Below the pieces are notes generated by a model. That model was not told where the DNA came from. It saw only the letters and a list, made by a program, of their open reading frames with translations, and made no database searches. DNA of 64,000 nucleotides from Deltaproteobacteria bacterium (GTDB lineage Bacteria > Desulfobacterota > JBBIRW01), in contig JBBIRW010000005.1 in the NCBI GenBank assembly GCA_037441565.1, positions 1,707-65,706 on the forward strand, given 5' to 3'. Below, one piece after another: positions 53,232 to 64,000 of the stretch (positions within the stretch are counted from its first letter, which is position 1; each line of letters begins with the position of its first letter). Position numbers and translations under genes: made by a program.

Positions 53232-55031
53232 TTAATACCTTGGCAATCTTATTATGAATGAAACACCATCCCCGGGTCTATTCCAGACATCTATGGAGCC
53301 ATTATGGTTCTCCACTATCCTGTGAACTATTGCAAGGCCAAGACCTGTCCCCTTTGCCTTTGTTGTAAAGAATGGGTTGAATATATTTGCAACCATTTCA
53401 GGTGGTATACCTCCTCCTGTATCACTTACCTCTATTGCCAAATGAGGGGTATCTCTATGTCTCAGCCCGTAGGTCTTTATCACGAGCCTCCCCCTCTCCT
53501 TCATTGCCTCAAAAGAATTGGAGAACAGATTGATAAACACCTGTTTTATCTGCTGTGGATCCGCATTGAGATCGTCTGCATCCATATCAAATTCCTTTAA
53601 AACCTCTATCCTCCTTCCCTTCAATTCATCATGAAAGAACTCCAATGCCTCATCGATTATCGATGATATCCTTATCCTGCTGAATCTGACCTTCGTATCC
53701 CTGCTGAAATTGAGTATATCGTTAACAACATTTTCAAGATCCCTTACTTCCTTTATTATTGCCTCAACATACCATGAAAGCTTTCTATCATATGGAGGTA
53801 TAATCTTCCTGATCCTCCTTGCGAATCCTCCTATCACCATGAGTGGATTCTTAATTTCATGTGCTACACTCGCTGCCATCTCACCGAGGGCTGCAAGCTT
53901 CTCCCTGTGAAGTATCCTCTCCTGGACTTCCTCAAGCTCCCTGTGCGCCTTTTCCAGCTTACTATAAAGGACAGAGAGCTCCTTTACCTTTCCATCCCTC
54001 TCCTCCGCAATCTCCTGCATCTGCTGAAATATCATTGCATTTGAAATTGCACCTGAAATGGTAGAGGCTATCGCCATGAGAAAGCGCATGTCATCATCAT
54101 CAAAGAAGCCTTCCCTCCCCCTCTTACCACCCTCTTTATCACAAAGCGATATTGTTCCGATAACCTTTCCTTTGAAAATAAGCGGGACGCATATCAAGGA
54201 TACAGGTCTCTCTCCCCCTTTAATGAAATCAACGCTCCCTTCCGCATCCACACCTTCAAGGATCACGGCCTCCCCTGTAAGGGCAACCTTCCCTGAAATT
54301 CCCTCCCCTATCTTTATATTGGCCTTGCTGAATCTTGATCCATCCCTGCTGAACTCAGCAACAAAATAGAGTTCCCCACTCTTCTCATCAAGCACCCTCA
54401 ATATCCCTTCTTTTGCCCCTAAAAGTCTTGTGCTGTACTGGAGCGCAATTGTTGCAACCTCTCTCAACTCAATAGTTGAACTCACTGCCTTTGATAATTG
54501 ACAGATGGTTGCCAGTTCTGATGCGCTTCTTCTCGCCTCAAAATTTATCCTGTATGTTCTTATTGCATATGCAATGAGGGTTGCACAGCTTTTCAAACAA
54601 TTAATCTCATCCTTCAGGAATGTCCTTGGATGACTGTACCTTAAATTCATAACCCCGAAGAGGAATGTTTCATCATTAAGTGGAACTGAAACCATGGATG
54701 AACAATCTTTTATTTCAAATGAATTCAGTGAACCAAATGGAGGAACATTTTCCATATCCTCAATAACAATAACATCCCTTCTTTCAGCAGCAACCCCTGT
54801 TATTCCCTCGCCCTTCCTTATCCTTACCCTCTCCATCTCGGGATTGGTTGAAACACGGAGTGTGAGTGTTTCTCCTTCACCCTCCGTGAGAAAGATTGTG
54901 CATTCATTTGCATCGAAAGATGATCTTATAAAATCACAGATATGCTCAAGCCTTCTACCCAGATCAACATGGGAAGTGGTTATTTCTATAATTTTTTTTA
55001 GAATCTTGTTTGCCTTTTCAGATGAAAACAT
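53232..55031 (-). CDS. Cytoplasmic sensor histidine kinase with two GAF domains
   Basis: No TM segments. Two GAF-like regions, then HisKA (HEIKNPL) and HATPase_c (GTGLGLAI). Confidence 0.85.
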   Translation of the reverse strand: MFSSEKANKILKKIIEITTSHVDLGRRLEHICDFIRSSFDANECTIFLTEGEGETLTLRVSTNPEMERVRIRKGEGITGVAAERRDVIVIEDMENVPPFGSLNSFEIKDCSSMVSVPLNDETFLFGVMNLRYSHPRTFLKDEINCLKSCATLIAYAIRTYRINFEARRSASELATICQLSKAVSSTIELREVATIALQYSTRLLGAKEGILRVLDEKSGELYFVAEFSRDGSRFSKANIKIGEGISGKVALTGEAVILEGVDAEGSVDFIKGGERPVSLICVPLIFKGKVIGTISLCDKEGGKRGREGFFDDDDMRFLMAIASTISGAISNAMIFQQMQEIAEERDGKVKELSVLYSKLEKAHRELEEVQERILHREKLAALGEMAASVAHEIKNPLMVIGGFARRIRKIIPPYDRKLSWYVEAIIKEVRDLENVVNDILNFSRDTKVRFSRIRISSIIDEALEFFHDELKGRRIEVLKEFDMDADDLNADPQQIKQVFINLFSNSFEAMKERGRLVIKTYGLRHRDTPHLAIEVSDTGGGIPPEMVANIFNPFFTTKAKGTGLGLAIVHRIVENHNGSIDVWNRPGDGVSFIIRLPRY

Positions 55032-55037
55032 ATAAAT

Positions 55038-56498
55038 TCAGCTATCCACTTTCTTTGAAAGTGCAATCCTGTAAAGTTCAATGTATTTCTGTGCAGCTAC
55101 ATCCCAGGAAAAATCCTTCCTCATTGCCCTTATCATAAGCTCCCTCCACCTAACAGGATCCTGAAAAGTCTCGGTTGCCCTTCTCAGTGCATCAAGGAGT
55201 GCCTCCCCTGTGTATGCTGAAAATTTAAACCCCGTTCCCCTTTCGTTATCACTGGTATAATCATCTATTGTATCATCAAGACCACCCGTTGCCCTCACAA
55301 CAGGTATAGTTCCGTATTTAAGGCTGTATATCTGATTAAGTCCACAGGGCTCGTATCGAGATGGCATTAGAAAGAGATCGCATCCTGCTTCTATCTTATG
55401 GGCAAGGACATTATCATAGGCATTTTTAAATGCGAAACTCTCAGGGTACTTGCGTGAGAGACTCTCGAAGGACTCCTCATACCTTCTGTCCCCTTTGCCG
55501 AGAATTATATATTGCACACCCATTTCCATGATCCTATCGAAACAATCCCTTATTAAATCAAAACCCTTCTGATCTGCAAGCCTTGATATCGACCCTATAA
55601 GCGGCACATTATCCCTTACAGGAAGCCCGCATACCCTCTGCAGATCCTCTTTGCACCTCTTTTTGTTCTCCAGTGATTCTTCATTATAGCGGGCAATAAT
55701 ATAAGGATCAGTTTCCGGATTCCAGTTATCGTAATTAACGCCATTGGTGATGCCGAAAAGGTCCTTCTTCCTGTCCCTCAACACACCATCAAGACCAAAG
55801 CCGAACTCAGGCGTCTGTATCTCCTCTGCATATTTTTTGCTAACAGTGGTAAGGATATCAGAAAAATATAGACCACCCTTGAGAAAATTTATCTTTCCAT
55901 AAAATTCAATACCCCCAGGATGAAAGACATCCCAGTCGAGTCCTGTGAGGTGTAAATCATAGTGCCAGAAGATCCCCTGATAACCAAGGTTATGGATGGT
56001 GAAAAGTGTTGCTGTATTTTTAAACTGTGGATCTCCTTTATAGATGGTTTTTAAGTAAACAGGTATAAGACCTGTTTGCCAATCATGACAGTGGATGATA
56101 TCAAACTGTAAGTTATATTTCTTTATAAATTCTGGGACAGCCCTGCATAAGAATGTAAATCTTGCAGCGTTATCCTCATAATCCCCATCACTTGTCCCAT
56201 AAAGATAGTCCCTATCGTAATACTTATCCTTTCTTAAAAAGAAGCATTTTATATTCTTTCCGATGGTGGTCCATAGAACCTCAGCTGTATCCCTTCTTGT
56301 TGAAATGGGAACAGAGAGGGGTATGTCCATCTTCTTTAATCCAAAACCTCCCTGAAGTACGCATTTGTAAGCAGGACTGAATATGTTTACCTCTACCCCT
56401 AACTTTTCAAGCGAAAGGGGCAGTGAGCCAATAACATCCGCAAGCCCTCCTGTCTTTGAGAAGGGCTCAACCTCAGAGGATACCATAAGTATGCGCAT
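55038..56498 (-). CDS. glgA: Glycogen synthase
   Basis: MRILMVSSEVEPFSKTGGLADV N-terminus. GT-B fold, 486 aa. Confidence 0.9.
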   Translation of the reverse strand: MRILMVSSEVEPFSKTGGLADVIGSLPLSLEKLGVEVNIFSPAYKCVLQGGFGLKKMDIPLSVPISTRRDTAEVLWTTIGKNIKCFFLRKDKYYDRDYLYGTSDGDYEDNAARFTFLCRAVPEFIKKYNLQFDIIHCHDWQTGLIPVYLKTIYKGDPQFKNTATLFTIHNLGYQGIFWHYDLHLTGLDWDVFHPGGIEFYGKINFLKGGLYFSDILTTVSKKYAEEIQTPEFGFGLDGVLRDRKKDLFGITNGVNYDNWNPETDPYIIARYNEESLENKKRCKEDLQRVCGLPVRDNVPLIGSISRLADQKGFDLIRDCFDRIMEMGVQYIILGKGDRRYEESFESLSRKYPESFAFKNAYDNVLAHKIEAGCDLFLMPSRYEPCGLNQIYSLKYGTIPVVRATGGLDDTIDDYTSDNERGTGFKFSAYTGEALLDALRRATETFQDPVRWRELMIRAMRKDFSWDVAAQKYIELYRIALSKKVDS

Positions 56499-56519
56499 AG
56501 CATTCCTCCCTTCCCGGGA

Positions 56520-57518
56520 TTATATCCTGACTTCTCTCATATATTGTGCTGCATCCTCCGGAGGGGTAGGATTAATGAAGAATCCTGAACCCCATTCAAA
56601 TCCCGCAAGTTTTGTTAACTTTGGAACGATTTCAAAGTGCCAGTGATAGTAAGGCTCAGTATTTTCATAAAAAGGGGATGTATGAAGCATAAAATTGTAT
56701 GGTGGGTTCTCAAGTACTGCATCTATCCTTACGAATATATCGGAAAATATCGAAGCAAGACTCTCCATCTCCGCAACCTCTGTATTCTCATAAAGTGCCA
56801 TATGGCGCTTTGGAAGTATCCATGTCTCAAAGGGTGATCTTGATGCATAGGGGGCTATTGCAAGGAAATGTCTGTTTTCGCTGATTACCCTTATTTTTTC
56901 ATTCAGCTCCTGTCTTATTATATCGCAGTAGATACACCTTTCCTTGTATTTATAATAGCCTTCTGATCCTGCAAGCTCTTCAGAAACTGCGATAGGCACG
57001 ATAGGGAGAGCAATAAGCTGCGAATGGGTATGCTCAAGGGATGCACCTGCTGCTTCTCCATGATTTTTGAATATCAGACAGTATTTCAGTCTTCTGTCCT
57101 TTTTCAGATCCATTATCCTGTCCCTGTATGACCAGAATACATCCTCCAGCGCCTTTGGATGCATATTTGAAAATGTCGCCTCATGAACAGGTGATTCTAT
57201 TATTACCTCATGAGCCCCTATCCCTGTCATCTTGTCATAAACGCCCTCCCCCTCCCTGATAAGCTCTCCTTCTATCCTCAGGGCAGGAAATTTGTTCGGA
57301 ACAACCCTGAGTGTCCAGTTAGAGTTGCTATAAGGGATCATATTATTCCTGTAAACAAGGATACTGGGAGGTGTCTTGTCCTCATTGCCGGGGCAGAATG
57401 GACAGAATACAGCCTTCTTTTTTGGCACCACCCTCTCAAAATCTGAAGGCCTTTTTCCCCTTTCCGTTGATATAATCACCCATATACCCACTATGGGTTC
57501 CTTTCTCAATTCCGGCAT
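56520..57518 (-). CDS. galT: Galactose-1-phosphate uridylyltransferase-like HIT-family nucleotidyltransferase (GalT family)
   Basis: CPFCPGNE zinc site, active site HTHSQL. Confidence 0.7.
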   Translation of the reverse strand: MPELRKEPIVGIWVIISTERGKRPSDFERVVPKKKAVFCPFCPGNEDKTPPSILVYRNNMIPYSNSNWTLRVVPNKFPALRIEGELIREGEGVYDKMTGIGAHEVIIESPVHEATFSNMHPKALEDVFWSYRDRIMDLKKDRRLKYCLIFKNHGEAAGASLEHTHSQLIALPIVPIAVSEELAGSEGYYKYKERCIYCDIIRQELNEKIRVISENRHFLAIAPYASRSPFETWILPKRHMALYENTEVAEMESLASIFSDIFVRIDAVLENPPYNFMLHTSPFYENTEPYYHWHFEIVPKLTKLAGFEWGSGFFINPTPPEDAAQYMREVRI

Positions 57519-57520
57519 CC

Positions 57521-57880
57521 CTATCTCCTCCTCTTTTCTTCTATCTCCTGGGCCTCTTTACAATCGATGCACAGCTCTGTTACAGGTCTTACCCTCAGCC
57601 TCTCCTCCGATATCTCATTTCCACACAATTCACAGATACCAAAGGTCCCCTCCTCTATCTTCTTCAATGCCTTATCGATCTTCTGAAGAAGCTTCCTCTC
57701 CCGATCCCTGAGTCTTAAAATAAAGTTTCTATCAGATTCGAAAAGTGCCCTATCTGTAGGATCAGGAAACCTCTCCTTGAGCTCACTCATCCCCTGAAGA
57801 GTTTTTTCAGCCTCCATCAAAAGCTGCCTCCTCTGGTCGAGGAGAAAGTTTCTAAAGAAATCAAGCCTTTCCTTATCCAT
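57521..57880 (-). CDS. dksA: DksA/TraR-family C4 zinc-finger protein
   Basis: Coiled-coil N-terminus, CELCGNEI...CIDC zinc finger. Confidence 0.75.
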   Translation of the reverse strand: MDKERLDFFRNFLLDQRRQLLMEAEKTLQGMSELKERFPDPTDRALFESDRNFILRLRDRERKLLQKIDKALKKIEEGTFGICELCGNEISEERLRVRPVTELCIDCKEAQEIEEKRRR

Positions 57881-57951
57881 TGCCCTTCTGTTTTTCTTTC
57901 TTTACAAAAATAAATTTATACTAATTCATGCATCTGGAAAAGTCAAAGCTT

Positions 57952-58662
57952 CTACCTGAGCCTGAACTCTACAGGAAGGATTATCCATCCATCATATGGG
58001 GGGTATTCCTTTATGGAGAGGAGGGCATTTATCACGGATCTGTCAAGCTCATCCCATCCAGATGAAGAAATAATCTTATACCCGGTAACCCTTCCACTGT
58101 TGTCGATATGGAACGAAAGCCTAATCCTTCCCTCGTGCCCCATTTTTCTTGAACTTTCAGGATAAACAATTGCATTGAGTATCCTTCTCCTTATCTCTTC
58201 AAGGAGATATCTCTCATTGGAAGAACTGCCACTGCCTTCAATGGACCCGCCATCATATTCAGTATTTCCGTTATCTCCAGATTGGATTGATAAATCTTCT
58301 TCGTACCCATTATTAAAAGAATAGGTCTCAAATATTCTTCCATTTCCGCTTTCAACCTTCAGGGGACCATGGTTTTCTCCACCTTCAATAATACCTTCCC
58401 TTTCTGAATTGCCGATGATTTCTTTTTTCAATCCTTCCATTGCCTGTAAGATACGCATATCCATCCCTTTTTTTCGAACATTGGGGTATCTGACTATTTG
58501 GTCATCACCAATTATCTCGATGTTGATCATTACATCCTTTTTATTTTTCTCACCTTTCTCCAGAGAAAGGGGGGTGTTGTTAAAGGCCAATATTAAGAAA
58601 AAATGGATCAGAAATGATGCTGCCATGAATCTCCAGATTTTCAAATCTACTTCGTTTCGCAT
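57952..58662 (-). CDS. tonB: TonB-family energy transducer
   Basis: N-terminal TM anchor (AASFLIHFFLILAF), proline/charged linker, C-terminal TonB_C-like domain. The start is trimmed to the MRNEV Met to remove the overlap with the upstream ATPase gene. Confidence 0.65.
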   Translation of the reverse strand: MRNEVDLKIWRFMAASFLIHFFLILAFNNTPLSLEKGEKNKKDVMINIEIIGDDQIVRYPNVRKKGMDMRILQAMEGLKKEIIGNSEREGIIEGGENHGPLKVESGNGRIFETYSFNNGYEEDLSIQSGDNGNTEYDGGSIEGSGSSSNERYLLEEIRRRILNAIVYPESSRKMGHEGRIRLSFHIDNSGRVTGYKIISSSGWDELDRSVINALLSIKEYPPYDGWIILPVEFRLR

Positions 58663-59378
58663 CCAAATAACTCCCCTAATCCACTTTTCTTCATTAAAAG
58701 TGACGAGGGACCATCGTCCACGATGCATCCATCCTTCATTATGATCAACCTGTCGCTAAATTCTGCAAGGTTTCTTATGTTATGGGAGACAATTATGGTT
58801 GAAATTCCCTTTTTCTTTCTCAGCTCCATAAGCATCTTTAATATTTCGCTCTGGTATGAAATGTCAAGATAAACGAGCGGTTCATCCATTATTATTACCT
58901 CAGCCCTCTGCGCAAGAACCCTTGCTATAAAAACCCTCTGTCTTTCACCACCACTCAATTCCTGAATGTATCTGTCCCGGAGCTGAATCGTTGATGTTTC
59001 CTCCATTGCCTCAAGTGCAATATAAATATCCTCTTCATCTTCCATATCAAAATATCTCATGTATGGATACCTTCCCATAATAACAAAGTCCAGGACCTTG
59101 AAAGGAAAACCGTCAGGGATTATCTGCGGAAGAACGCCAACAATACATGCCATCTCTCTCCGAGTATAGCTGTGTAAAGGCCTTCCTTTGAGGTATATTT
59201 CCCCTTTCTCAGGGGTGTAATAGCCCGTAATTAACTTTATAAGCGTAGATTTTCCGCAGCCATTAGGCCCAACAATCCCAACACCCTCTGATGGATAAAC
59301 CTTCATATTAATGTTCCTCAAGGACCAGCCACCCTTTTTATAGGAAAAGTACACATCAATAACATCATATATGAGCAT
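58647..59378 (-). CDS. Iron/cobalamin-type ABC transporter ATP-binding protein (FecE/BtuD-like)
   Basis: Walker A GPNGCGKST, signature LSGGERQR, Walker B IMDEP. Confidence 0.85.
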   Translation of the reverse strand: MLIYDVIDVYFSYKKGGWSLRNINMKVYPSEGVGIVGPNGCGKSTLIKLITGYYTPEKGEIYLKGRPLHSYTRREMACIVGVLPQIIPDGFPFKVLDFVIMGRYPYMRYFDMEDEEDIYIALEAMEETSTIQLRDRYIQELSGGERQRVFIARVLAQRAEVIIMDEPLVYLDISYQSEILKMLMELRKKKGISTIIVSHNIRNLAEFSDRLIIMKDGCIVDDGPSSLLMKKSGLGELFGCETK

Positions 59379-60381
59379 AGATATCCTTCCCCATCTTCAT
59401 AAATATAAATAGAAAGAATGGTGCACCGGTTAATGCTGTTATTATTCCTACAGGAACTTCTCCGGTGCTTGCAATACTTCTTGATAACATATCGGCAAAT
59501 ACAAGGAATATAGATCCGGAAAGTGCAGCTGCCGGAATAAGTATCCTGTGATCACTACCCCATATCATCCTCGATGCATGAGGGACCATAAGTCCAATAA
59601 AGCCTATCGGACCTGTTGCAGAAACACATGCTGCACTTATCATTGACCCAACAATGAGTATAAGTTTTCTCATCCTTTGAGGAGAAACACCAAGGTAGAA
59701 TGCATGTTCTTCTCCGATACAGAGAAGATTAAGCGGTCTTGCCATAATATATGCACATACTATTCCCAATATAACATATGGTGATATTAACTTCAGCGTT
59801 AAATAATCCCCACCTGAAAGGTCACCAATAAGCCATGAAACCACTATATGCAGTGAGCCTGGATCAACTATATACAAAAAGAAAAGAATCATTGATGAGA
59901 AAAATGCACCAACTATAATGCCGGAAAGGAGGATTCCAAGAGGACTCCATCTTCCTGACAACGTTGCTATAAAATAGATGATAGAAACAGCAAGAATTGC
60001 CCCCATAAAAGAGAATAAGGGCAGTCCCATAGATGTTTTCATAACAAGACCTGTTGTAACTCCAACAATGATGCCGAAAGCTGATCCACTTGAAATTCCC
60101 AGAAGATAAGGATCAGCGAGCGGATTTCTCAAAAGTGATTGAAAAAGAATCCCTGACACACTAAGGCCAGCACCGATAACAATTCCAAGAAGAACACGAG
60201 GAAGCCTTATTTTAATAACTATATCTTTAGCCATATTTTGTGAATTACCAATATAAAGATTTTCAAATACTTCTTTTGGTGATATATACCTCGATCCAAG
60301 ACAGAGCGATAGAAGTGATATAACAAACAGCATGAAAAGAAGAAAAAGGGTTGTTTTTAATAGATAAGCTTTTTTAAACAT
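59365..60381 (-). CDS. FecCD-family ABC permease (BtuC-like)
   Basis: 338 aa, about ten TM helices, conserved FecCD glycine-rich loops. Confidence 0.85.
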   Translation of the reverse strand: MFKKAYLLKTTLFLLFMLFVISLLSLCLGSRYISPKEVFENLYIGNSQNMAKDIVIKIRLPRVLLGIVIGAGLSVSGILFQSLLRNPLADPYLLGISSGSAFGIIVGVTTGLVMKTSMGLPLFSFMGAILAVSIIYFIATLSGRWSPLGILLSGIIVGAFFSSMILFFLYIVDPGSLHIVVSWLIGDLSGGDYLTLKLISPYVILGIVCAYIMARPLNLLCIGEEHAFYLGVSPQRMRKLILIVGSMISAACVSATGPIGFIGLMVPHASRMIWGSDHRILIPAAALSGSIFLVFADMLSRSIASTGEVPVGIITALTGAPFFLFIFMKMGKDIYAHI

Positions 60382-60383
60382 AT

Positions 60384-61268
60384 CTATCTTCTTCCATGGA
60401 GAATACTGAAAAGCTCCTCCACGCCTTCGATAAATCTGGGACCGGGTCTCTCATAGTAATCCGGGTTTACCCTGTACACTCTTCCATCCTTAATTGCATC
60501 GACCATCTTTAACAAACTTCCATCCTCGCCCGATAGGTATTTTCCATCCACATCCCCGCCAAGGATGATAACCTCTGGGTTCATTCTAAGGATATCCTCT
60601 CTGCTTAACCTTGGATATTTTGTATTACCATTGCGGGCAACATTAAGACCTCCTGCAAGCTCTATCATTTCATCTATAAATGTCCCTCCCCCAACTGCTA
60701 TCATAGGCCTCTCCCATATAAGGAAAAGAACCCTGGTCCTCCTCAATCCCCTGCTCTGCTTCCTTATGGATTCTATCCTCTCAATAATTCCATTAATAAG
60801 GGATTCCGATTTATCTTCACTATTAGTGAGTTTTCCTAAGATCCTTATCGAATCAAGAATCTGGGGTATACTGCCAGACCCCAGTATAAAGGTCTTGATC
60901 CCCAGGGATTCAAGCCTTGAAACTACATCCCTTCTGCTCCCTTCTTTGCTCATCATGACAATATCGGGTTTCAGTAAAAGGATCCTCTCGTAGTCAGGAT
61001 CGAGCATTCCACCAACCTTGGCTATGGATGATGTTTGCGGAGGATAATTACAATATCTTGTAACGCCCACAACCCTTTCACCCTGGCCAATTGCAAAGAT
61101 CAATTCCGTAATTGAAGGTGCAAGACTTACTATCCGGGATGGTGGATTATTGATGCTGACATTTCTGCCCGCATGATCCCTAATGATCATGCCATTTGTT
61201 TCGAAAGGGAAAAGGAGAAGGAGAAGGCTAATTATTACTGTTTTCATCATCCTTTTTTTCATCCCCAC
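60384..61268 (-). CDS. Periplasmic substrate-binding protein (BtuF/cobalamin-binding type)
   Basis: Signal peptide, class III SBP layout. It sits within the riboswitch-controlled operon. Confidence 0.7.
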   Translation of the reverse strand: MGMKKRMMKTVIISLLLLLFPFETNGMIIRDHAGRNVSINNPPSRIVSLAPSITELIFAIGQGERVVGVTRYCNYPPQTSSIAKVGGMLDPDYERILLLKPDIVMMSKEGSRRDVVSRLESLGIKTFILGSGSIPQILDSIRILGKLTNSEDKSESLINGIIERIESIRKQSRGLRRTRVLFLIWERPMIAVGGGTFIDEMIELAGGLNVARNGNTKYPRLSREDILRMNPEVIILGGDVDGKYLSGEDGSLLKMVDAIKDGRVYRVNPDYYERPGPRFIEGVEELFSILHGRR

Positions 61269-61407
61269 CCCTTTCCCCTACCATTACATATTCTTCATCA
61301 AGCCACTTCCCGAGGTCTATGAGCTTGCATCTTTCAGAACAGAAAGGTCTGTAAGGATTGCCCTCCCATTCGACCTTCTTTTTACATGTTGGGCACTTAA
61401 CCTTCAT
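61228..61407 (-). CDS. yacG: YacG-like zinc-finger protein (DNA gyrase inhibitor family, DUF329), 59 aa
   Basis: Not in the ORF track. It reads [40 protein letters not shown]..., the CPxC...RPFCSxRC...DLGxW signature. Its ATG overlaps the TGA of the receptor gene (TGATG). Confidence 0.65.
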   Translation of the reverse strand: MKVKCPTCKKKVEWEGNPYRPFCSERCKLIDLGKWLDEEYVMVGERGGDEKKDDENSNN

Positions 61408-63302
61408 CAGAATTTTGCCGCCATCCCTATGAGGAAAGTTCTGGGGAGCGCAGGGAACCCCAGGGCTTCCTCATAGTTTTCATTAAGAAGATTCTCCACC
61501 CTCAGGTTTGCAACAAGCTCCCTCATTCTGTATGCGTCCCTTATCAATCTCCATCTTAAGGCAAAATCCACCTTCTGAAATCCCCGATTCTCCACAGGGA
61601 TAAAGGTTAAGGGATCAATATCCCTCCTTTCACCCACAAAGGTGGCATTGAGATTCATCCCTAAATCCGTTGTTACATCCCACTGAATCTGAACAAATCC
61701 ACTGTCATTTGGCCTCCTTAAAAGCTCCTCATCCGTTTCCCTATTGATACTCTTAAGATGGGTATAGCCACCGCTGATGGTGATCCCATATCCTGCATTA
61801 ATACTCCCCTCCAGTTCAAACCCTTCAGAAAGCGCCTTTGCTATATTCACAGGCTTTATACCAAATGGGTATCCCGGATCTGATGTGGGAACAAATGCAA
61901 TAAGGTCTTTAAAGGTCGTTCTAAAATAGGTAAAGCCGACTTTTCCCCTCTTTCCAAAGAAATACTGTTCCATTCCCACCTCATAGGATCTGCTTTTTTC
62001 AGGATTTAGATCAGGATTGCCGAACCCTGGAAAGAAGAGGTCATTTAAGGTCGGGGATCTGAAACCCTCTCCAATTGATCCTTTGAATTTTGTTCCAGTT
62101 TCCTTAATAAAATATGCACCGGATAACCTTGGACTTGTTACAGTTCCAAAGATACTGTTAAGATCCCATCTTATGCCTGGTGTAAAAGAAAGGGTTTCAT
62201 TCCACCCCACATGAGCTTCAAGAAAGTATGCCTTATTGATCACATCCTTGTCATAGGATGTTTCACCGAAAAATGGATCAAAAGCATTGAATTCACCACT
62301 CTGTTCTTCAAGCTCAATCCCGATTATTCCTTTTATATTTTTTGATAGATCAATGCTCCCTGTAATCTCCGCTCTCTTCCTCAACGTATCTGTGCTGGAT
62401 TTTGTCGAATAGAGAGGATCGTTGAACTTAATCCGATCATCAACAATGCTTACCGTTAATGAATTCCTCCACCAGTCTAACATCTTGTGATCGAATTTGA
62501 AAAGTAACAGTGCCGATCTTGTGTCCTGCTCCTGTGTGGGATCAAAAAACCTTCCTGCAACAGCTGGAAGCTCTTTCGAAGCATCATAAAATCTTCCCGA
62601 AAAGGTAATCTCAAGATCATCCCTGAGCTGACTCCTGTAAAGACCGCTGAAATACGTGCTTCCAAATTTATCATGATCAAGGGCACCATCCGTATCGAAA
62701 CGGGAAAGATCGAAGCTCCAGGAGCTCCCATCCTTTGACCCTTCAATAGAGGCACCCTCCCTGGTGGTCCTCAAATTCCCCGCATCAAAAAGAAGCTCCA
62801 CCGAGGGCCTCCCATATCCCTTCTTTGTTATTATGTTTATCACACCACCCATGGCCTCGGAGCCGTAAAGGGCACTCTGTGGCCCTCTTACTATCTCTAT
62901 CCTCTCTATATTTTCTGCTGGAAGCGTTGAAAAATCAAAGAGACCAGTTGTAGGGCTGTTTACCCTTACACCATCGATGAGAACAAGTGTCTGGTTCGAT
63001 GCTGCCCCTCTCAAGAAGATTGTTGTGAGTGAGCCCTGAGAGCCCTGCTGATTCACATATATACCTGGAACATTCCTGAGCACCTCTCCAACTGTTAATG
63101 CCCCCTGATTTCTTATATCCTCCTCAGTAATAACTCTTACAGAACTGCCCGTAAGACTCAAAGGTTCCTCAATCCTTGTTGCTGTAACAACAACCTCCTC
63201 CAGTTCCTTTATCTCCGATGCCTCACAAATTGTTAAAAAGAGCAGTTTAAGCATCAGACAAACAAGAAGGATAGATATCCTCTTCTTTTTACATCGTCCC
63301 AT
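61407..63302 (-). CDS. TonB-dependent outer-membrane receptor (BtuB-like cobalamin receptor)
   Basis: Signal peptide, TonB box EVVVTATR, plug domain, 22-strand barrel, C-terminal aromatic residue (AAKF). Confidence 0.85.
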   Translation of the reverse strand: MGRCKKKRISILLVCLMLKLLFLTICEASEIKELEEVVVTATRIEEPLSLTGSSVRVITEEDIRNQGALTVGEVLRNVPGIYVNQQGSQGSLTTIFLRGAASNQTLVLIDGVRVNSPTTGLFDFSTLPAENIERIEIVRGPQSALYGSEAMGGVINIITKKGYGRPSVELLFDAGNLRTTREGASIEGSKDGSSWSFDLSRFDTDGALDHDKFGSTYFSGLYRSQLRDDLEITFSGRFYDASKELPAVAGRFFDPTQEQDTRSALLLFKFDHKMLDWWRNSLTVSIVDDRIKFNDPLYSTKSSTDTLRKRAEITGSIDLSKNIKGIIGIELEEQSGEFNAFDPFFGETSYDKDVINKAYFLEAHVGWNETLSFTPGIRWDLNSIFGTVTSPRLSGAYFIKETGTKFKGSIGEGFRSPTLNDLFFPGFGNPDLNPEKSRSYEVGMEQYFFGKRGKVGFTYFRTTFKDLIAFVPTSDPGYPFGIKPVNIAKALSEGFELEGSINAGYGITISGGYTHLKSINRETDEELLRRPNDSGFVQIQWDVTTDLGMNLNATFVGERRDIDPLTFIPVENRGFQKVDFALRWRLIRDAYRMRELVANLRVENLLNENYEEALGFPALPRTFLIGMAAKF

Positions 63303-63360
63303 CCCTTCCTCCTTTCCCCTCGAAAGGAAGAGGGCGCCTCAATCTTCGGCCCATAGAAAT

Positions 63361-63393
63361 TAAAAAGCCCAACCTTCCTGGTTGGGCTTTTTA
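63361..63393 (-). terminator. Riboswitch expression-platform terminator (intrinsic hairpin)
   Basis: AAAAAGCCCAACC AGGAA GGTTGGGCTTTTT sits between the riboswitch aptamer and the receptor start codon. Confidence 0.55.
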
Positions 63394-63394
63394 A

Positions 63395-63600
63395 TCGCTA
63401 TCTACCCCCTCCCCTCGGAAGGTTCGATAAACGGGTCAGGCCAGGTCTCCTGACTTACGGATCATCCTACTCTCCGCGCCTTCCCATCCACCTTGAAGTG
63501 GAAAGTGGCATTCTGCGGATTTCGTCCCCGATCACAGTTGCGGGGCAGTGAGGGATTCTCACCCTCTTCCCTTTACCGCCTATGGCGGTTTTACCTGACC
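63395..63600 (-). ncRNA. Cobalamin (AdoCbl) riboswitch
   Basis: The minus strand reads AAGGGAAGAGGGTGAGAATCCCTCACTGCCCCGCAACTGTGATCGGGG...GAATGCCACT...GTAAGTCAGGAGACCTGGCCTGAC. This matches the conserved GGTGA-AATCC, CUGCCCCGCAACUGU, B12-box GCCACU and AGUCAGGAGACCUGGCC elements. Confidence 0.85.
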
Positions 63601-63624
63601 ACTATGTTAAAGAACCTGTTTATT

Positions 63625-63657
63625 AATCCATCATAATATCTTAGCTAAATAAGTCAA
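63625..63657 (-). promoter_or_regulatory. Putative sigma-70 promoter for the riboswitch-led operon
   Basis: On the minus strand: TTGACT, a 16-17 nt spacer, then TATGAT, just upstream of the riboswitch. Confidence 0.35.
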
Positions 63658-63663
63658 TACTCT

Positions 63664-64000
63664 TTAGAAGTTCATATGCTTCAGAAAATAATCCTGAAAA
63701 CTAACATGTTGTGACATATGGATATATGTTATTTTTCTTGCTATTTCCCTTGCCCTCCTTGAAGCATCCTCAGACATCAGGCATAGCAGTGCCCCATGAC
63801 CTGCTATATTCCCCGAAGAGACTATCCTTTCTTTCGGAAAAGGTGGCAGAAGCCCTGTTCGCAATGCACTCTCAGGGCTCAGGTAGTTTCCAAAGGAGCC
63901 AGCAAGGTAAACCTTTCTTACATCATCGATACAGATTCCCATTTCCTTAATCATTATCTCAATACCTGTTCTTAATGCCGCTTTTGCCAGCTGGAACTCC
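63664..64000 (-). CDS. ASKHA-fold (DUF4445/RACo-like corrinoid-activation ATPase family) protein, 3' portion only (N-terminus beyond the window)
   Basis: The frame is open to the right edge (…EFQLAKAALRTGIEIMIKEMGI…). C-terminal VYLAGSFGNYL...GNIAGHGA matches the ASKHA nucleotide-binding motifs. Confidence 0.4.
   Translation of the reverse strand, partial: EFQLAKAALRTGIEIMIKEMGICIDDVRKVYLAGSFGNYLSPESALRTGLLPPFPKERIVSSGNIAGHGALLCLMSEDASRRAREIARKITYIHMSQHVSFQDYFLKHMNF

Overview
A 64 kb chromosomal window, about 42% GC by eye, from an anaerobic bacterium. Its gene content points to a Desulfobacterota- or Nitrospirota-like respirer with rich AGG/ATA codon use and many multiheme cytochromes. The window is gene-dense and mostly on the minus strand.

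Housekeeping blocks:
- efp, rpoD, a class II ribonucleotide reductase, and the priA-def-fmt-rsmB-rpe cluster.
- A malic enzyme, mnmG, serS, and two MqnC/MqnE-type radical SAM enzymes.
- glgA, galT, a dksA-like gene, and three tRNAs (Pro-CGG, Ser-GCU, Ser-UGA).
- Several transporters, including a GldG-type ABC system.

Three parts stand out:
1. A roughly 11 kb respiratory cytochrome island at about 35.0-46.8 kb. It holds a periplasmic triheme cytochrome c7, two split CbcA/CbcB-like modules (a multiheme cytochrome c with a C-terminal membrane anchor followed by a dihaem cytochrome b), and a NapC/NirT-type 18-haem cytochrome. It also has a NarL-type two-component system whose periplasmic sensor domain carries its own CxxCH haem motif. 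Two distinct palindromic operator-like repeat sets sit in the two promoter regions.
2. A small unannotated glutaredoxin-like gene at 23824..24039 with an in-frame TGA exactly at the first active-site Cys (UPYT instead of CPYC). This is a candidate selenoprotein.
3. A complete cobalamin riboswitch-controlled uptake operon (BtuB-like receptor, YacG-like zinc finger, BtuF-like binding protein, FecCD permease, ATPase, TonB). It sits next to a truncated ASKHA (RACo-like) gene.

Other notes:
- rpoD has an atypical C-terminal region 4.2.
- No mobile elements or CRISPR arrays were seen.
- All functional calls rest on motif and family recognition by eye, not on database searches.
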